Source: Hyalangium minutum
Lineage (GTDB): Bacteria > Myxococcota > Myxococcia > Myxococcales > Myxococcaceae
Direction of reading: 5' to 3'
NCBI RefSeq assembly: GCF_000737315.1
Contig: NZ_JMCB01000003.1
Span: forward strand, 217,394-281,393
DNA: 64,000 nucleotides
The position numbers and the translations under genes were made by a program. Under the pieces are notes generated by a model. The model had not been told where the DNA came from, ran no database searches, and saw nothing but the letters and a program-made list of their open reading frames with translations. Position 1 is the first letter of the stretch. Each line of letters opens with the position of its first letter. Shown here piece after piece: positions 1 to 15,000 of the stretch.

Positions 1-1
1 C

Positions 2-3000
2 CTGCCGGGTGCGCTGCTGCTGGAGGGACTGCCCCACACGGTGAGCCTCACCAGTGGGGACGCGCGCAGTGGCACGCTCTCTCCACAGGACTTCCAGCTC
101 GTCCGCTACTACGCGGATGGGGCGCTCCTCGGCACGGTTCGCACGCCGCGCGTCGAGATGCGCAACCTGGAGGAGGATCCCACCGAGCCGCCTGAGTACG
201 TCGCCGTGCCGCTGTGGGAGCTGAGCTATGTGCCGCGCGCGGGCACCGCCGGCACGGTCGTGGCGCTGTACGCCGAGGCTGTGGATGCCCGGGGTGCCAC
301 GGCTCGCGGGGCCACCATCCTGGTTCGGATCGCGCGGGATGGGCCGCCGCTCGTCACCCTCCGGAGTCCCTCGGGGCCTCGGGTGCAAGCCACTGCGGGC
401 CGCCCCGTGCAGCTCACGGGCCTTGTCGAGGACGACACCGTGACGCTCGGGGTGGAGCTCTCCCTGTTGGTGGATGGTGCCCAGGTGAGCAGCACGCGGC
501 TGGTAGGCGAGGGGCTCGGGGGCACCCGCGCGGGCTCCGCGCCCTTCTCGATCTCCTGGACGCCTCCCGTCTCCAGCATCGGCCGGCTCGTGCGGCTGCA
601 GTTCATGGCCCGGGATGTGGGGGACCACGAGAGCCGCGCCTCACTGGAGGCCTCTGTCGTCGCGGATGCGCCTCCTCAGATCTCCCTCCAGACGCCACCG
701 CCCGGCAGCCAGGTGCTCGCGGGCACGACGCAGTTCCTCACGGCCTCGGTGGTGGATGACAGCGCGGGGCCTGTCGAGGTGACCTGGCGCGTGAACGGCG
801 TTCCCGTGGGGGCGTCGCGCTCGCCTCCGTACCGCACCTCCTGGTCCGTCCCCACGTCGGCCGCCGGGAGCACGCTCCAGCTTCAGGCCACCGCGCGGGA
901 CTCCACGGGCAACGAGGCCCAGGCCAGCGGAGAGCTCTTCGTCGTCAGCGACACCACGCGCCCCAGCATCTCCCTCGTGGTGCCGCGCCCGCTGGCGGAG
1001 GTGCCGGAGACACAGGATCTGGTGGTGTCCGTGGCGGGACAGGACGATGCCACCGTCAAGAAGGTGGAGGTGCTGCTGGAAGGGGAGGTGCTGGCCACCG
1101 ACGATGACCCCGGGCCCAACGGAACCCAGCTGGGCTCCTTCCTCACGCACACCCTGGTGCGCTCCGCCCAGCTCATGGGCCGCCAGCAGATCCGGCTGGG
1201 AGCGCGCGCGTATGACGCCTCGGGGAACGTGGGCTCGGCGCCCGAGGTGCTCGTCAAGGTGCTGCCCGATGCGCCGCCCACCGTGCGCTTCGTGCTCCCC
1301 GCGGCCAACACGCGGGCCACCATCGGCACGCCGCTGGAGTTGATCGCCGAGGCCGATGACGATGTGGCCGTCTCTTCCGTGGAGTTCTTCGCGGACGGGA
1401 ACTCTTCGTGCCGCGCCACGCTCCCGCCCTACCGGTGCACGATCACCGTGACGGGACCCGCCCGGACGCTCCACCTGCGGGCCGTGGCCTCGGATGCTGG
1501 AGGGCGCAGCAGCTCCGCGGAGGTGGCCGTCCAGGTCAGCGAGGATCGTGAGCCGCCGCTGGTGGCCTTCCGCTCTCCGTCCGAGGGCAGCTTCACCTTC
1601 GCCGGGCGGAACCTGTCCGTGGAGGTGGCGGCCAGTGACGACGTGGGCGTGCGCGATGTCCGGTTGGAACTGGACGGGCAGACGGTGGGCACCCAGAGCG
1701 GCGGCGTGGTGGATGGGCTCTACCGCCTCTTCCGCTGGCAGGTGCCCATTCCCGCGGGGGCGGCCGGTCACACGCTGGCATTCAAGGCGGTGGCCACGGA
1801 CACCTCGGGCCTCACGCGCGAGCGCTTGCTGGAGGTTCGCGCCCGCAGGGATGAGGCGCCCGCTGTCTCGCTCACCTCTCCGGCCCCCAACAGCTTCTAT
1901 AAGGAGGGAGAGGACGTCCGGCTCGTGGTGACGGTGGCGGATGACGAGGGCGTCATCGGGCTCGTGGGCCTGTCCGGTGGCCGCAGGCAGGGGACGTTGG
2001 CCCAGTCCGGGCCGCTGCTGGATGTCTCCCGGCCTCAGGCGCTTACCGTCCGCGCGCCCTCCATCTTCCGGGGTGAGCCTCCCACCGTGGGCGCCGAGGC
2101 GCGCGACACGGCCGGTCAGTCCGGTGTGGCCACGGTGATGCTGAACGTGGCGAGGGACCTCGAGCCGCCCTCGGCGCTGATGATCTCACCGCTGCCTCCC
2201 GCCACCGGCCACCTCCGGGTGAACGAAGGCGGCGCCTTCTCGCTGCGCGTGGAGGTGGAGGACGACGTGCGCGTGGTGCGCGTCGCGGCGGTGGTGGATG
2301 GGCAAGAGCTGCCCGTCGTGAATGGACGTGAGCCGCTGGGTCCTCAGAACGAGCGCTTCGAGGAGGTGCGTGTCCAGGATCCGGTGATGCCGGGGCAGAT
2401 CATCGTCAGCCGCCGCTACCTGGGCACCTTCGCGGGGACGGCGAGCCTGGCGCAGTACTCGGTGGGGCTCCACACGCTGGCGGCCCGGGCCTATGACGCG
2501 GGCGGGAATGCCACCACCACCCCGGCACTGTCCTTCGAGATCCTCGAGGTGCAGGATCTGGCACCGCCTCGGGTGACCCTGACGCTGGAGGGAGGCCCGG
2601 ATGAGCGCACGTGCGTGGCCGGAGCGCCCATGAAGCTGCGGGTCTCCGCCACGGATGACGTGTCGATCCGGGAGGCTTCGGTCACCTTCGAGGGCCAGCC
2701 CGTGACGATCCGAAACCCTCCGGAGCGCTCGCCTCGGAACTGGCAGGAGGAGATCCCCTTTCAGTTCCCGCCGCTCGGGACGGGCGGCCGCCGGACCGTC
2801 ACCTTCCTGGCCCGCGTCACGGATGGAGCCCAGCACACTGGCGTGGTGAGTCGCACTTGCGAGCTGACGCCAGATGGGCCTCCGCAGATCCTGGTGGTGA
2901 GCCCCACGGCGCGCGCGGCTCTCACGGAGGAAGGCACCGAGCCCGTCCAGGTGGACGTGAGCGATGACGTGGGCGTCCGGCGAGGGCTGAGGGTGCTGTC

Positions 3001-6000
3001 CACCTCGGCGGTGGCCGTGCCGGGCATCGGCAGCTTCGAGGTGACGGCGACCGCGGCGCATGAGGGACTGGGCGTCCCGAGCGCCACGCTGATCCCGGGC
3101 GATGGGCCTGGCTTCTCCGTCGAGGCCCTGGAGGGGCGGCTGCTGATCTCTCCGCCAGGGGAGGGGCAGGGGACGGGCACTACCGCACCGGGCCGTCTGC
3201 GGCTGAACGTGGAGCCTTCTCCCGCGGGGCACGGTGCCTTGGCCCAGGTGCGCTTCCGCTACGTCGTGAAGCCAGGGCACGAGGGCAGCACTGCGCTCCA
3301 GTCGTTCCGCTCCGCATTCCCCGACGGCGTGGGCAGCGTCACGCTCTCCGCGCCTGCCTTCTCCGCGGATCTGTCGTTCCCCTCCCAAGACATCGAGATG
3401 GAGGAGGTGGACATCCAGTTGTCCAAGGCGTCCGCGAACGCCGAGGAACTGGCGGTGACCCGGCTGGGCCTGCGCGGGTGGGGCACGCCGCAGCTCCAGC
3501 TCCGTGCTGAGGCTGCCGGCGAGCGCGTGGCGGTGCAGCGGTGGAACACGGGGGTGGCGCCCTCCCGGCCCGGACAGGTGAAGCGGATCGACGAAGCGGT
3601 GTGGCTGCCTCGGGGGCAGGCGCCGCGGGACTCCCAGCTAACCGTGCTGGCCGAGGATGTGGCCGGGCTCGTGGGCCGCGTGGCGATCCCGATCGTCGCG
3701 CGCACGGACACGGACCCGCCCACGGCCTCCATCGTCTCCCCCGGCAACGGCGCGTCGGTGGTGGAGGACACTGTCTTCGAGGTCCAGGTGAGCGCCCAGG
3801 ACAACGCGCGTCTGGATCAGCTGGAGCTGTGGGTGGATGGGCAGTCGCGCCAGGTGATGCGCGTGGGACCCGGGCCGTCCGGATCGCCTCAGGCGCACCG
3901 GTTCTCACTCTCCCTGCCGCTGCCGGCCTCGGGGTACCCGGCCGCGCTGTCGGTGGTGGCGCGGGATGGGGCGGGCAATGCCACGGCGTCGGACACAGCC
4001 TATGTGCGTGTCATCCCCGATGTGGCGCCGTCGGTGACGTTCCAGTCGTTGACCTCCGCGGTGGAGTCGTTCACCCGCACCGAGCTGGACAGCGGCTACG
4101 TCGTGATGCTGCAGGGCGTCCCCGCCACGCTGGGGATGCTGCTGGAGGATGACGCGGGCCTGGCCTCCATGCGCGTCCAGTTCGGCGATCAAGTGGTGAA
4201 GGAGGAGTCCTTCACGGGCGCGCCGCTGACGGCCGGGCGGCAGGTGACGTTCACTCCGCCCGTGGGCCGGGACGGCGCCCCCGTGGTGCTGCTCGTGTCG
4301 CTCACGGACTCTGCGGGCCATACGCGGCAGACCCGGCTGCTCATCGAGTCCCGGAGGCCCCGGCCTCCCGCGCTGGCGCTGGCCGCGCCTACCCCTGGCG
4401 CTACCATCGCCGAGGGCAGCATTCAGCTCCTCTTCGACGCCGTGGCCGTGGACGACACCGGGGTCGACCATGTGCAGCTGTTCATCAACGGCCAGCCCGC
4501 GCTGATCCTCACCCGGGGAGAGCCCATTGCGTGGAACCTGGATCCGCAGAGCGGGGCGGTGGTCGTCGCCGATCCCGCGCTCCGGCAGGCCGTGGCCTCC
4601 CTGCCCCCCGAGGACCAGGATCTGCAGCGCCTCCGGCACTACCGGGGTCAGGTGAAGCTGCCGCCCGGGTTCGTGGCGCTGGTGCCCGGGCGCACGGACG
4701 CGGCGCTCCAACTGCGCACCATCGCCGCAGATAAGGAGGGGCACGAGACGGTGCTCGATCAGCCGCTCCGCATCGAGGCGGACGTGGCGACCCCGCTCGT
4801 GGAGGTGCTGCGGCCCGTGCTGGGGCGCAACGTGGTGGAGGGCACCTCCGTGCTCGTGGAGGTGTCCGCCCGCGACAACGTGCTGGTGGATCGGGTGGAG
4901 ATCCTCGCGGGGCCTAGCGCCTCCGAGCTGCGCGTGGTGCACACCGCAGGCGGCTTCCCGCCCACGAACGCCGTGCCGGGCTCACCCTTTGATGTGTACG
5001 CGCCCCTGGTGCAGTACGCGTTCACGGTGCCCACGCTGGCGCAGCTCGGCTCCACGGTGCCGGTGCCGTACTTCGTCGCCGCGCGCGCCCGGGACATCAG
5101 TGGCAACTGGACGGCCCCCGCCGACTTCGTCATCCAGCCCATCGAGATCATCCAGGACCAGCCGCCTGGGGTCTCCATCCTCTCGCCCGCGGATGGCACT
5201 CCGGCAGTCGCCAACAGCACGATCACCGTGTCGGTGATGGCCGAGGATGACGTGGCCGTGGGCAACGTGCGCCTGGAGGTGGATGGCACGCCGCTGCCCG
5301 TCACGCTGCACGCGCCGCCTTTCTCCTTCCATGTGCCGGTCCCGGATCGCGCGGGCGAGCTCCGGCTGCGCGCGGTGGCGGTGGACTCGGGAGGCCATCA
5401 GGTGGGCAGCCAGGTGGTGATCCTGCCGCTGCGCGACGATCTGGCGCCCACTGTCGCCGTGGCGCAGCCTCGTCCGGAGGCTCGGCTCACGGAGGGCCGG
5501 GACTTCGCGCTGGTGGTGGCGGCGCAGGACGACGTGGCCATCCGCAGCGTGGAGGTGCTGGTGGAGGGCGGGCTCGCGGGCCCACTGCGCCTGGTGGCCT
5601 CCAACCTGCCGTACTCCTTCCGCGTTCCGTTGCCTCCGGGCTCGGCGGGGAGGACGCTGCGCATCGTCGCTCGGGCCCGGGACTCGGCCGGACACGAGTC
5701 CGTGGCCCCCGAGGTGACGGCCCTGGCGGTGGCGGACACCTCGCGCCCCACGGTGGCGTGGTTGCGCCCTGCCGCGGGCTCGCAGGCCCTGGAGGGCTCG
5801 GTGGTGGAGCTGGAGGTGGACGCGCGAGACGACGTCGCCGTCAACAGCCTGGAGCTGCGCCTCAATGATCAGCCGCTGGCCATCATGCCCACGCCGCCGT
5901 TCCGGATGACGTACCACGTCCCGGCGCAGGGGGGAGGGCAGGCGCTGGTGTTCTCCGCCATCGCTCGGGATCCCTCTGGCAACCAGACCGTGGAGACGCG

Positions 6001-9000
6001 CCGCCTGGAGATCGCGGAGGACGAGCCTCCGTCCGTCTCGGTGATTGCGCCGACGCGGCTCGTGGTGGGCAACCCCGCGCTGCTGCGCGCCCAGGCCAGC
6101 GATGACGTGGCCGTCACCGAGATTGGCTTCCATGTGGGATCGGATCCGGCGGCCTTGAGCGAGGTGGCCCGGCGCTACCAGTTGCCTTACGAGTTCCGCT
6201 ACGCGGCCACCGAGGCCGATGTGGGCAAGGTGCTGACGATCCGGGGCCGAGCCATGGATCTGGCGGGCCATGAAGCGTGGTCCGTCCCCGTGCAGGCGCT
6301 GGTGGTGCCGGACACACCTCCCACCGTGGCGGTTCGGAAGCCCCTGGCGGGCGAGGCGATCTTCGAGGGCCAGCGCCTGCGTCTGGAGGTGGAGGCCACG
6401 GACGTGGAAGGCCCCATCAAGCAGGTGGCCTTCTTCGTGGACGGGCGCAAGGTGCACGTGGCCACCACGCCTGCGGGCATCCCCGGTTCGCCCAACCTCT
6501 TTGCCACGAGCTACAGCCCACCGGTGGGCAGCGGCAACCGGCTGCTGCGGATCACGGCGGTGGCGGTGGACTCGGCCAACCAGGAGACGGAGTCCGCGCC
6601 GGTCGTCGTGGGCACGGTGCGCGACACGGTGCCGCCGGAGACCCAGCTCGTCGATCCCATGGTGTGGGAGCTCGTCACCGAGGCCGAGCCTGTGGAGTGG
6701 ACGGCCGCGGCCCTGGACGAGTCCGCCGTGGTGGGGGTGCGCTTCCTGGTGGATGGGCAGCAGGTGGGGCCACCGTCGACCGTGCCGAGGCCGGGGCCCT
6801 CCAACCGGCCGCTGTATTACGGCACATGGCTGCCTCCCTCGGGTGCCGCGGGACAGACGCGCACGCTCACCGCAGAGGCCACGGATCCGTCCCAGAACGT
6901 GGGCCGTGCCGAGCCTGTCACCGTCGAGCTGGGCATGCGCCCCGAGCCCGCGGTGGAGCTGGTGGTGGAGCCCTACGCGCGGCGGCAGGCCGGGATGGCG
7001 GCGGATGGCGAGGGCCTCGTCATTCATGGGGCTCTGCTGAAGGACGTGCCCCTGCCCCCGCCCAACGACACGGTGAAGCGGGATGAGGGCCGACTGGCAC
7101 TGGCCCGGCTGGACCTGAACGGGCTGGCGCCGCTGGGGACTGTGAAGGTGACGGGCTCTCCGGTGAGCCAGACGTTGCTGGGACGGCTGGCGCTCGTGGC
7201 GATGGGCCCCGTCTTCGATCCTGTGGGCAAGAAGACGATCCCCGCGCAGCTGCAGGTGGTGGATCTGTCCAACACCGCCGTGCCCCGGCTGAGGGGAGTG
7301 GTGGATCTGCCCAGCGACGACGTGCACCAGGTGGTGGCGAGGGACCGGTTGGCCTTCGTGGCCAACGGAACTTCGGGCGTGGCGGTGCTGGAGCTGGGCA
7401 ATCCGGACGCGCCTCAGCGGGCTTTCACCCGTCCCACGGTGGGTCCGGCGCGGGGCGTGGCGGTGACGGACCAGTGGCTGTTGGTGGCCGCAGGCTCCGG
7501 AGGCCTGCGCGTGCTGGACGTGCGCGATCCGTATCTGCGCGAGCTGGGCTTCGTCGCGCTGCCCGGTGAGGCGAACCGGGTAGAAGTCGTGGGCTCGCGC
7601 GCATACGTGGGGTGCTCGAACGCCCAGGCGCCTCTGGCGGTGGTGGATCTCTCCCGTCCCGCGCAGCCCCGGCTGATGTCGCTGCTCTCGCACGCGCCGC
7701 GCCGCCCGGACCTGCTGGCCAGCGAGGTGACGGACGTCGCCGTCTCCGGAGGCGTGGCGCTGGTGACCACCGCGATCACCGATCAGGACGCGGAGCCCGT
7801 GAAGGGGATCCTCTCCGCCTCGACGGTGAAGGCGGATGGGGCCGCCTCCACTTTCGTCCGGGCGAACCTGCCGGGCGCTCGGGATGTGCTCTTCAGCCAG
7901 GGGCGGCCGGTGGCGCTGCTCGGGGACTCGGCGATGGGGGCCTTCACGCTCCCTCGGCTGGCGGTGACGGACGTGTCCCCTGTGGATGGCACGGGGCAGG
8001 TGCCTCCCACGGCTCAGGTGACGGTGACGTTCTCCCGGCTGTTGCAGGGGGCCTCGGTGACGGAGCAGACAGTGTTGCTCCGAGCCCAGGACGCCGTGCT
8101 CGGGCCGGTGGTGCCCGCCACGGTGACGGTGAATGAGACGCGCATCCTCGTGGCACCTCGGGCGCCGCTGCCCACGAACACGGAGATCTTCCTCACGGTG
8201 CTCCCCACCGTCACGGGCGAGGGCGGGGTGACGCTGGGCGAGCGCTTCGTCTCGCGCTTCCGCACGAGCCCAGTGGACGGCCTGCCTCCCCAGGTCGCGG
8301 ATGTGCAGCCGCCCGCGGGCCCAGTGGACGGCGGTACACGCGTGAGGGTGTGGGGCCTCCACTTCGCTCCTGGCGCCCGAGTGCTCTTCTCCGGCCAGGA
8401 GGCCACGCAGGTGCAGGTGGCCGCGGATGGCCGCAGCCTCGATGCCGTCACGCCTCCCAACCTGGAGGGGGCCGTCGTGGTGACGGTGGTGAACCCCAAC
8501 GGGCTGGAGGGCTCGCTGCTCGGCGGCTTCCTCTACCTCCAGATCCTCGACGTGAGCATGGTGGTGCCGGCCACCGGCAGCCTCGCGGGTGGCAATCTCG
8601 TGGAGCTGTCCGGCTCGGGCTTCCAGCGCGGCGCCACCGTGCGCTTCGACGGGGTGCCCGCCACGGACGTGCGCGTGCTCTCGCCGGGCCGCATCTCCCT
8701 GCGCACACCTCCCGGACACTTCGGCACGGTGGATGTGCGGGTGGACAACCCGGATGGCCGGTACGTGGTGAAGCCGGATGCCTTCCTCTACTCGAACCTC
8801 GTCGTCTCCCGGGTGCTGGGGCGCCACATCCCGGATCCTCAATATGACGGCCCCATCCGCCCGGCGGAGAAGCTGCCACAAGGCGTCCCGCGCGCCGTGG
8901 TGATGCAGGGCGGCCTGGCCTGGTTGCTGAGCGACGGCACGGCCGCCCTCCAAGCCCACTCCCCCGAGGAGCTGCTCCAGGACAGCATCCAGGCGGCGGT

Positions 9001-12000
9001 GACGCTGGTGGACGTGAGCGATCCGGACAACGCCGCCGTGCGGAGCGGTGTGTCCATCGCGCCGCCCTACCAGCCGCGCGCGCTCGCGGTACGGGGCACG
9101 ACGGCCTACGTCGCGGCGGATGCCGCGGAACTGCCCTACGTGGATGTGGTGGGGGAGGGTGGGCCCTCGCTGCTGGTGGTGGATGCGTCGGTGCTGCAGG
9201 CCCCGAGGATGGTGACCGCGGTGCCCTTCGAGGGGACCGCTCGCGCGGTGGCGGTGGCGGATGATCTGGCGCTGGTGGCCGCGGGCGCGGGCGGACTGGC
9301 TGTCTTCTCGGTGGCCGATCCGCTGCGGCCGGTGCTCACGGGCTCGATCCAGAGCATGCGGGTGAGGGGCGAGGTTCGCGCGGTGAACGTGGTGGACGTG
9401 GCGGCCTCGGGCCGCTACGCGCTGGTGAGGGCAGGCACGAACGCCGGCACGTTCACGCTGGTGCTGGATCTGGCCACTCCGGGGATCGAGGTGGTGGGCG
9501 AGGCGTCCGATCTCGGGCCGATGGCGCTCCAGGGCCGCCGGGGACTCACGCTCGGCAACGGGCAGATCCGGACGCTCTCGTTCTCGCCGCCCACGTGGCC
9601 TCGGAACCTCGTGGGCATGTCGTCGCTCGTGGGGGGTACTCCCGTCACCGTGGCGGTAGGCCCCCACGTGGGCGCCGCGGGGACAGAGGTGTCTCGGCCC
9701 GGGAACTCTGGCTCGGGCAAGCTGGAGGTCTCCCTGAGCGCGGACCCCTCGCGTCCGCGAGCGGTCGATGCCGTGGATCTCTACCCCGCGGCCCGCTTTG
9801 GAGGGGTCGCCGTGGAGCGGGATGTCGCGGTGATCTCCATCTCCGCCTTGCTGACCAAGAAGGGCGAGGTCGTGGCGGATCCCACGCTGGCCCTGGGCTC
9901 GGATGGTTTGGCGGTGGTGCGGATGCCCTTCCTCATGGGGATGCGCAGCCAGCCCGCGGATGGGGACACCGAGGTGCCGCCCTCCACGCCGCTGCGGCTC
10001 GAGTTCAACCGCGAGGTGGCCGGAGCCTCGCCGCAGACGGTGCGCCTCATTCGCCAGGATGGCTCGGTCAACGGCGTGGTGGAGCCCGCGGAGATCCAGA
10101 CCTTGGGGCGCACGGTGCTGCTGCTGCCCGCCCAGCCGCTCGCGCCCTCGACGACCTACCGAGTGGTGGCCGATCAGCTGACGGATGCGCTCACGCGGGC
10201 GGAGATGGCCGGGCCCTTCTACCTGGAGTTCTCCACCGCCAGCAGCAGCGCGGCCATGCCCGTGTCCATCTCAGGGCTCACGCCGCGCGAGGGCCCCGCG
10301 GCCGGGGGTACGCTGGTGACGGTGACGGGCACGGGCTTCGAGCCGGGGGCCACGGTGCGCTTCGGCGGCGTGCCGGCCACGCAGGTGACGGTGTCCGAGG
10401 ACGGGACGCAGCTCACGGCTCGCACGGCCGCCAACACCGCCGGAGCCGCGACGCTGGAGGTGACCAATCCCTCGGGCAGTGTGGCGCGGCGCCTCGGCGC
10501 CTTCCTCTTTACGCAGCCGCTGTCCGTGCTGGCGGCAGCTCCGGGGCGCGGCCCCGCCTCGGGGGGCACGCGCGTCATCTTGTCGGGCACGGGGTTCTCT
10601 TCGACGGGAACGGTCCAGGTCCGCTTCGGAGGTGTCCCGGCGCTGCGCACGCGCGTGCTCGGGCTGAACCGGCTCGAGGTGTACACGCCGCGCGGCCTGC
10701 GCGGCACGGTCGACATCCAGGTCACCAACCCGGACGGCAGTCAGGCCACGCTGGAGGACGGCTTCATCTTCGATCAGCCGGGTGGGGCCTCGGTGGCGCT
10801 GTCGGATCGGCCGGTGGATGTGGTGGTGATCGGCGACTCCGCGCTCGTGCTCCAACGCGGTGGGTTGTCGGTGGTGGATCTCTCCGGGCTGTACCTCAAG
10901 GGGCCCCTCAAGGACACGCCCATCCCTCCGGATCTGGTGGATGGTCTCGTGGACGTGGATAACGATCGCAAGGACGATCGGCTCGTCTCGTTCCTCCCGA
11001 TCCCGGATGCGCTCTCCCTGGCCTATCCGTCCACCTGGGGGCACCGCCTCTTCGTGGGAACAGGAGGCTGGGATTCCAAGCTGCAGCAGTGGACGGCGGG
11101 CGAGGTGCTCGAGGTGGCCATCGCGGATCTGGCCCACCCGGCGATCTCGGCCAGGACGGCGGCCGTGGAGGGGCCTGTCTTCGGCCTGGATGTGAAGGAC
11201 GAGCGGTTGCTGGCCGCCACGGGACAGAAGGGACTCAGCAGCTTCGATCGCTCATATGCGCCGTTCCTCGTTGGCCAGCTGCCGATGCAGGGCGCGGCCC
11301 AGTCCGTGGCGGGAAGCGCGGGCATGGCGGTGGTGGGCGTGGGGCAGCGAGACGCCACCTCCTTTGCCGTGTCGGCCGGGGCACTGCGGATCGTCTCCAC
11401 CGAGGCCTCGCCTTCGCTCCGGGGCGCGCTGCCGCTCAACATTCAGCGGGCGAGGTGGAAGGGCGACGTGGCCGTCGTGGCTGCTGGCGATGCGGGGCTC
11501 GTGCTGGTGAGCGCCGCGAATCCGGATCAGCCCCAGGTGCTGGCCTCGGTGCTGGTGGGCGGCTTCGCGTGGGATGTGCGGCTGCAGGGCAACCTGGCCT
11601 ATGTGGCGGCGGGGACGGCGGGCGTGGCGGTGGTGGATCTGACGGATCTGCTCCACCCGCGCGTGCTGTACCACGTGACGGGCGCCCGGGGCGGCACGGC
11701 GAAGCTCGTGGAGATGACCGCGGGCGGCCGCCTCGTGAGCATGAGGGATCGCGGTACCCAGGGCTGGTCCGTGGACTTCGGACGCCCCTCGGAGCTGGCG
11801 GTGGTCTCCGCGAGCGTGGCGCCGGACGAGGTGGTGCCGCTCTCGCTGCCCTCGGTGACGGTGACGCTGTCCGCGGGCCTGTTGCACACGTCGGCGCCGG
11901 AGGCCTTCTCATTCACGGCGAATGGCGCTCCGGTGCCTGGGACGCTGGAGGCTGGGACGCCGGAGCTGCCGGTGAGCACGCTGGTGTTCCGGCCTTCGGA

Positions 12001-15000
12001 GCCGCTGCCCTCGGGCGCCGAGCTGCGGCTGGCGCTGGGCACCTCGCTGCGCTCCCTGCTGGGGGATGCGCTGATAGCGCCCTTCGAGGTGCGCTTCTTC
12101 GCCGCGGGAGGCACGGGCGAGCGTCCGCAGCTCCTCCAGGTGGTGCCGCGCGTGGGGCCCTCCGAGGGAGGCACGGAGATCGAGCTGCTGGGCACGGGCT
12201 TCGTCCCAGGCACCACGGTCCGCATCGGTGCCGCGCCCGCGCTCGTGCTGTCGCTGTCCTCCACGCGGATGACGGTCCGCGTGCCTCCCGGAGAGCCTGG
12301 GCTGGCGGACGTGGTGGTGGTGCACCCCTCGGGCGTCACCGCGAGGCGCTCGGGCGGCTACTTCTATTCCGCGCCGCTGTTCGCGAGCGCGTCGATCCCG
12401 CGCTTCCTCAACCCGAAGGGCGGAAGCACCGTGCGAGTGACGGGGCGCGGCTTCCTGCCCACCTGGTCCAGCCCGTTGGGCTCCACGCGCGTGCTGATTC
12501 GCGGGCTGCCCGCGCGCAGCGTCTCCGTGGAGTCCACCACCCAGCTCGTCGCGGTGGCCGGGCCCGGCTCCTTTGGCGACGCGGACGTGGAGCTGGTGGC
12601 GGCGGACGGCCTGCAGCGCGCGAGCTCGCCCTCTCCCGTGGGGTATGGGCTCCCATTCTCGGGGAAGGTGGTGGGTGCCTCGGTGAGGCCCGTGGCGCTG
12701 GCGGGCAACCCCGCGCTGCCGCTGCTGCCGTTCGCGGCGGCGGGCGCTTCGGTGGAAGGCAACACCTTCCCTCAGCCCTATACCGGTCCCATGACGGGCG
12801 GCGGCCTGGTGCCCGAGTCCTTCCGCATGGTGGCCTATGACGTGACTCGCGTGGGCCGGCCCGAGCTGGCGGGCGCCTCGGTGGTGGATCCGCCGGATCA
12901 CGACGTGGACTACCTGATCGGCAGCCTGCCGTATCTGGCCCAGCGGGAGCTGCCCCTGCCAGAAGTGGAGCTGATGCCGGACTCCTTCGACGTGGCGCTG
13001 CGCGGCACCCAGCTCCTGGTGGCCAACGGCGCCAGCGGCCTCGCGGTGATTGACGCGTCCGGGACGACCCTGGAGCAGTGGCCGCTGCTGGGGCGCGGAG
13101 GCATTGGCAGCGTGCTCGGCCAGGAGTACGCCACGCGCCTGCTGGCGACTCCGACGGGAGCCTGGGTGTTCAGCAATCCCCTCGAGGACAACCTCCTGCC
13201 CGAGGAGATCCCCTGTAAGTCCCCCACGGACGAGCACTACCCCGCCGCGGGCAGTGGTGGCCAGCTGCAGCTCTTCGATACCCGCAGTCCGTCGGATCCG
13301 GTCCTCCTGGGGAGCATCGGCTCGGGGAGCGCGCAGGAGCCGTACGGCGCCACGGTGGCGGGAGGACGGCTGCTGGTGGCCATGGGCAACCACGCGGGCG
13401 TCATCTACTGCACCGAGACGCCGTTCCCTCCGCCGCCCTGGGCCTCGCTGACCACGGGCCGCCGCACGCGGTTCCTCGGGCTCGATCCGAGCGACGACTA
13501 CCGGTCCGAGGACGCGCCGATCATCATGATGAAGACCCCGCACGGGGCCTTGGAACTCTATGACTCGGCGGGAGTGGGCGCGCAGCGGCTCGCTCGGAGG
13601 CCGTACCCCTACAGCCTCACGGACGTGGTGGTGGTGCGGGACGTGGCCATCGCCTCGGCGGCCGAGTTCGGACTGATCTTCTTCGACGTGCGGCCGGACA
13701 ACCCGCAGGCGCCGCAGGAACTGCTGCGGCTGCCCTTCGATCAATCGCTCTCCAACACCCCCGGCCACCCCGAGCGCCTGCGGCTGATTGGGGATCTGCT
13801 CTTCGTGGCCGCCTCCTCGGGGAGCGTGTACGTGCTGGACGTGTCGGATCCGCGCCACCCGGAGTTCCTCAGCGGAGGCAACACGGAGTTCGCGTACGAC
13901 GTGCTGCCCGTGGGGGATCGGCTGATGCTGGCGAGCCGCCAGGAGCTCACCGAGCTGTCCATGCCCTTCCTCCTGCCCCTGTCGACGACGCCGGAGCGGG
14001 ATGCGCTGGTGCCGCCGTCCCTGAGCCAGCTCGAGGTCCGCTTCAACCGGCCGCTGGCGCCGGCCACCGTCAACGACATCAGCGTGCAGCTGATCGGGCC
14101 CTCGGGTCCGGTCCCGCTGGAGCTGTCCGTGGTGGCGGAGCACGCGACGCTCACCTACGCCGTGCGCGCCCAGCTCCCGGAAGAGGGGCTGGAGCCTGGC
14201 GCCACCTATGAGGTGCGGATCGCGTCCACGGTTGCGGACCAGCGGGGCGGAGGGATGATCCGGCCCTTCCGCACCGCCTTCCGCACGGGCGCCGCGGGCA
14301 GCCACGCGCCTCGGATCGATGCGGTGCAGCCCTCGGCGGTCTCCATGGCGGGAGGGCAGCAGGTGGTGATCCAGGGCTCGGGCCTGAGCGGCGTGGCGTC
14401 GGTGCGGATCGGTGGAGCCACCGCCAGCTTCACGGCAGCGGGGGATACGGAGCTGCACGTCACCGTGCCTCCGTCCACGCGCCCTGGGCCAGCGGACGTG
14501 CGTATAGAGGATGCGGGGGGCCCCTGGTCCCTGTTGCCGCACGGCGTCCTGTACCTGTCGCCGCTCGCGAGCGCTCACGCCTCGCTGGTGCCCGACCACG
14601 GGCCCGTGGAGGGCGGTACCGAGGTGAAGGTGTCGTTCAGCGGGGCCTCTCCGGTGGCTCCGGGCACTCGCGTCTTCATTGGAGATCGCGAGGGCGTGAA
14701 CGTGGACGTGGTGAGCCTGTCCACCCTGCGCTTCACCACGCCGCGTCCAGATGGGCCCGGCCTGGTGCCCGTGAAGCTGGAGCGTCCGGGCGAGGTGTCG
14801 GAGACGGTGGGGTACTTCTCCTATGATCTGCCCACGGGCACCACGGTGGATCTGCCCGGCTTCCCGCCGCGCGAGACGTCCGAGGTGGTGCTCTCGGGGG
14901 ATCTGCTGTTCGCGGGAGTGCCCACCGCCGGGTACGAGGGGCTCGAGCTCTTCAACATCCGCGTGCCCGAGCACCCGGTCCGTCTGGGAGGCCTGCGCAC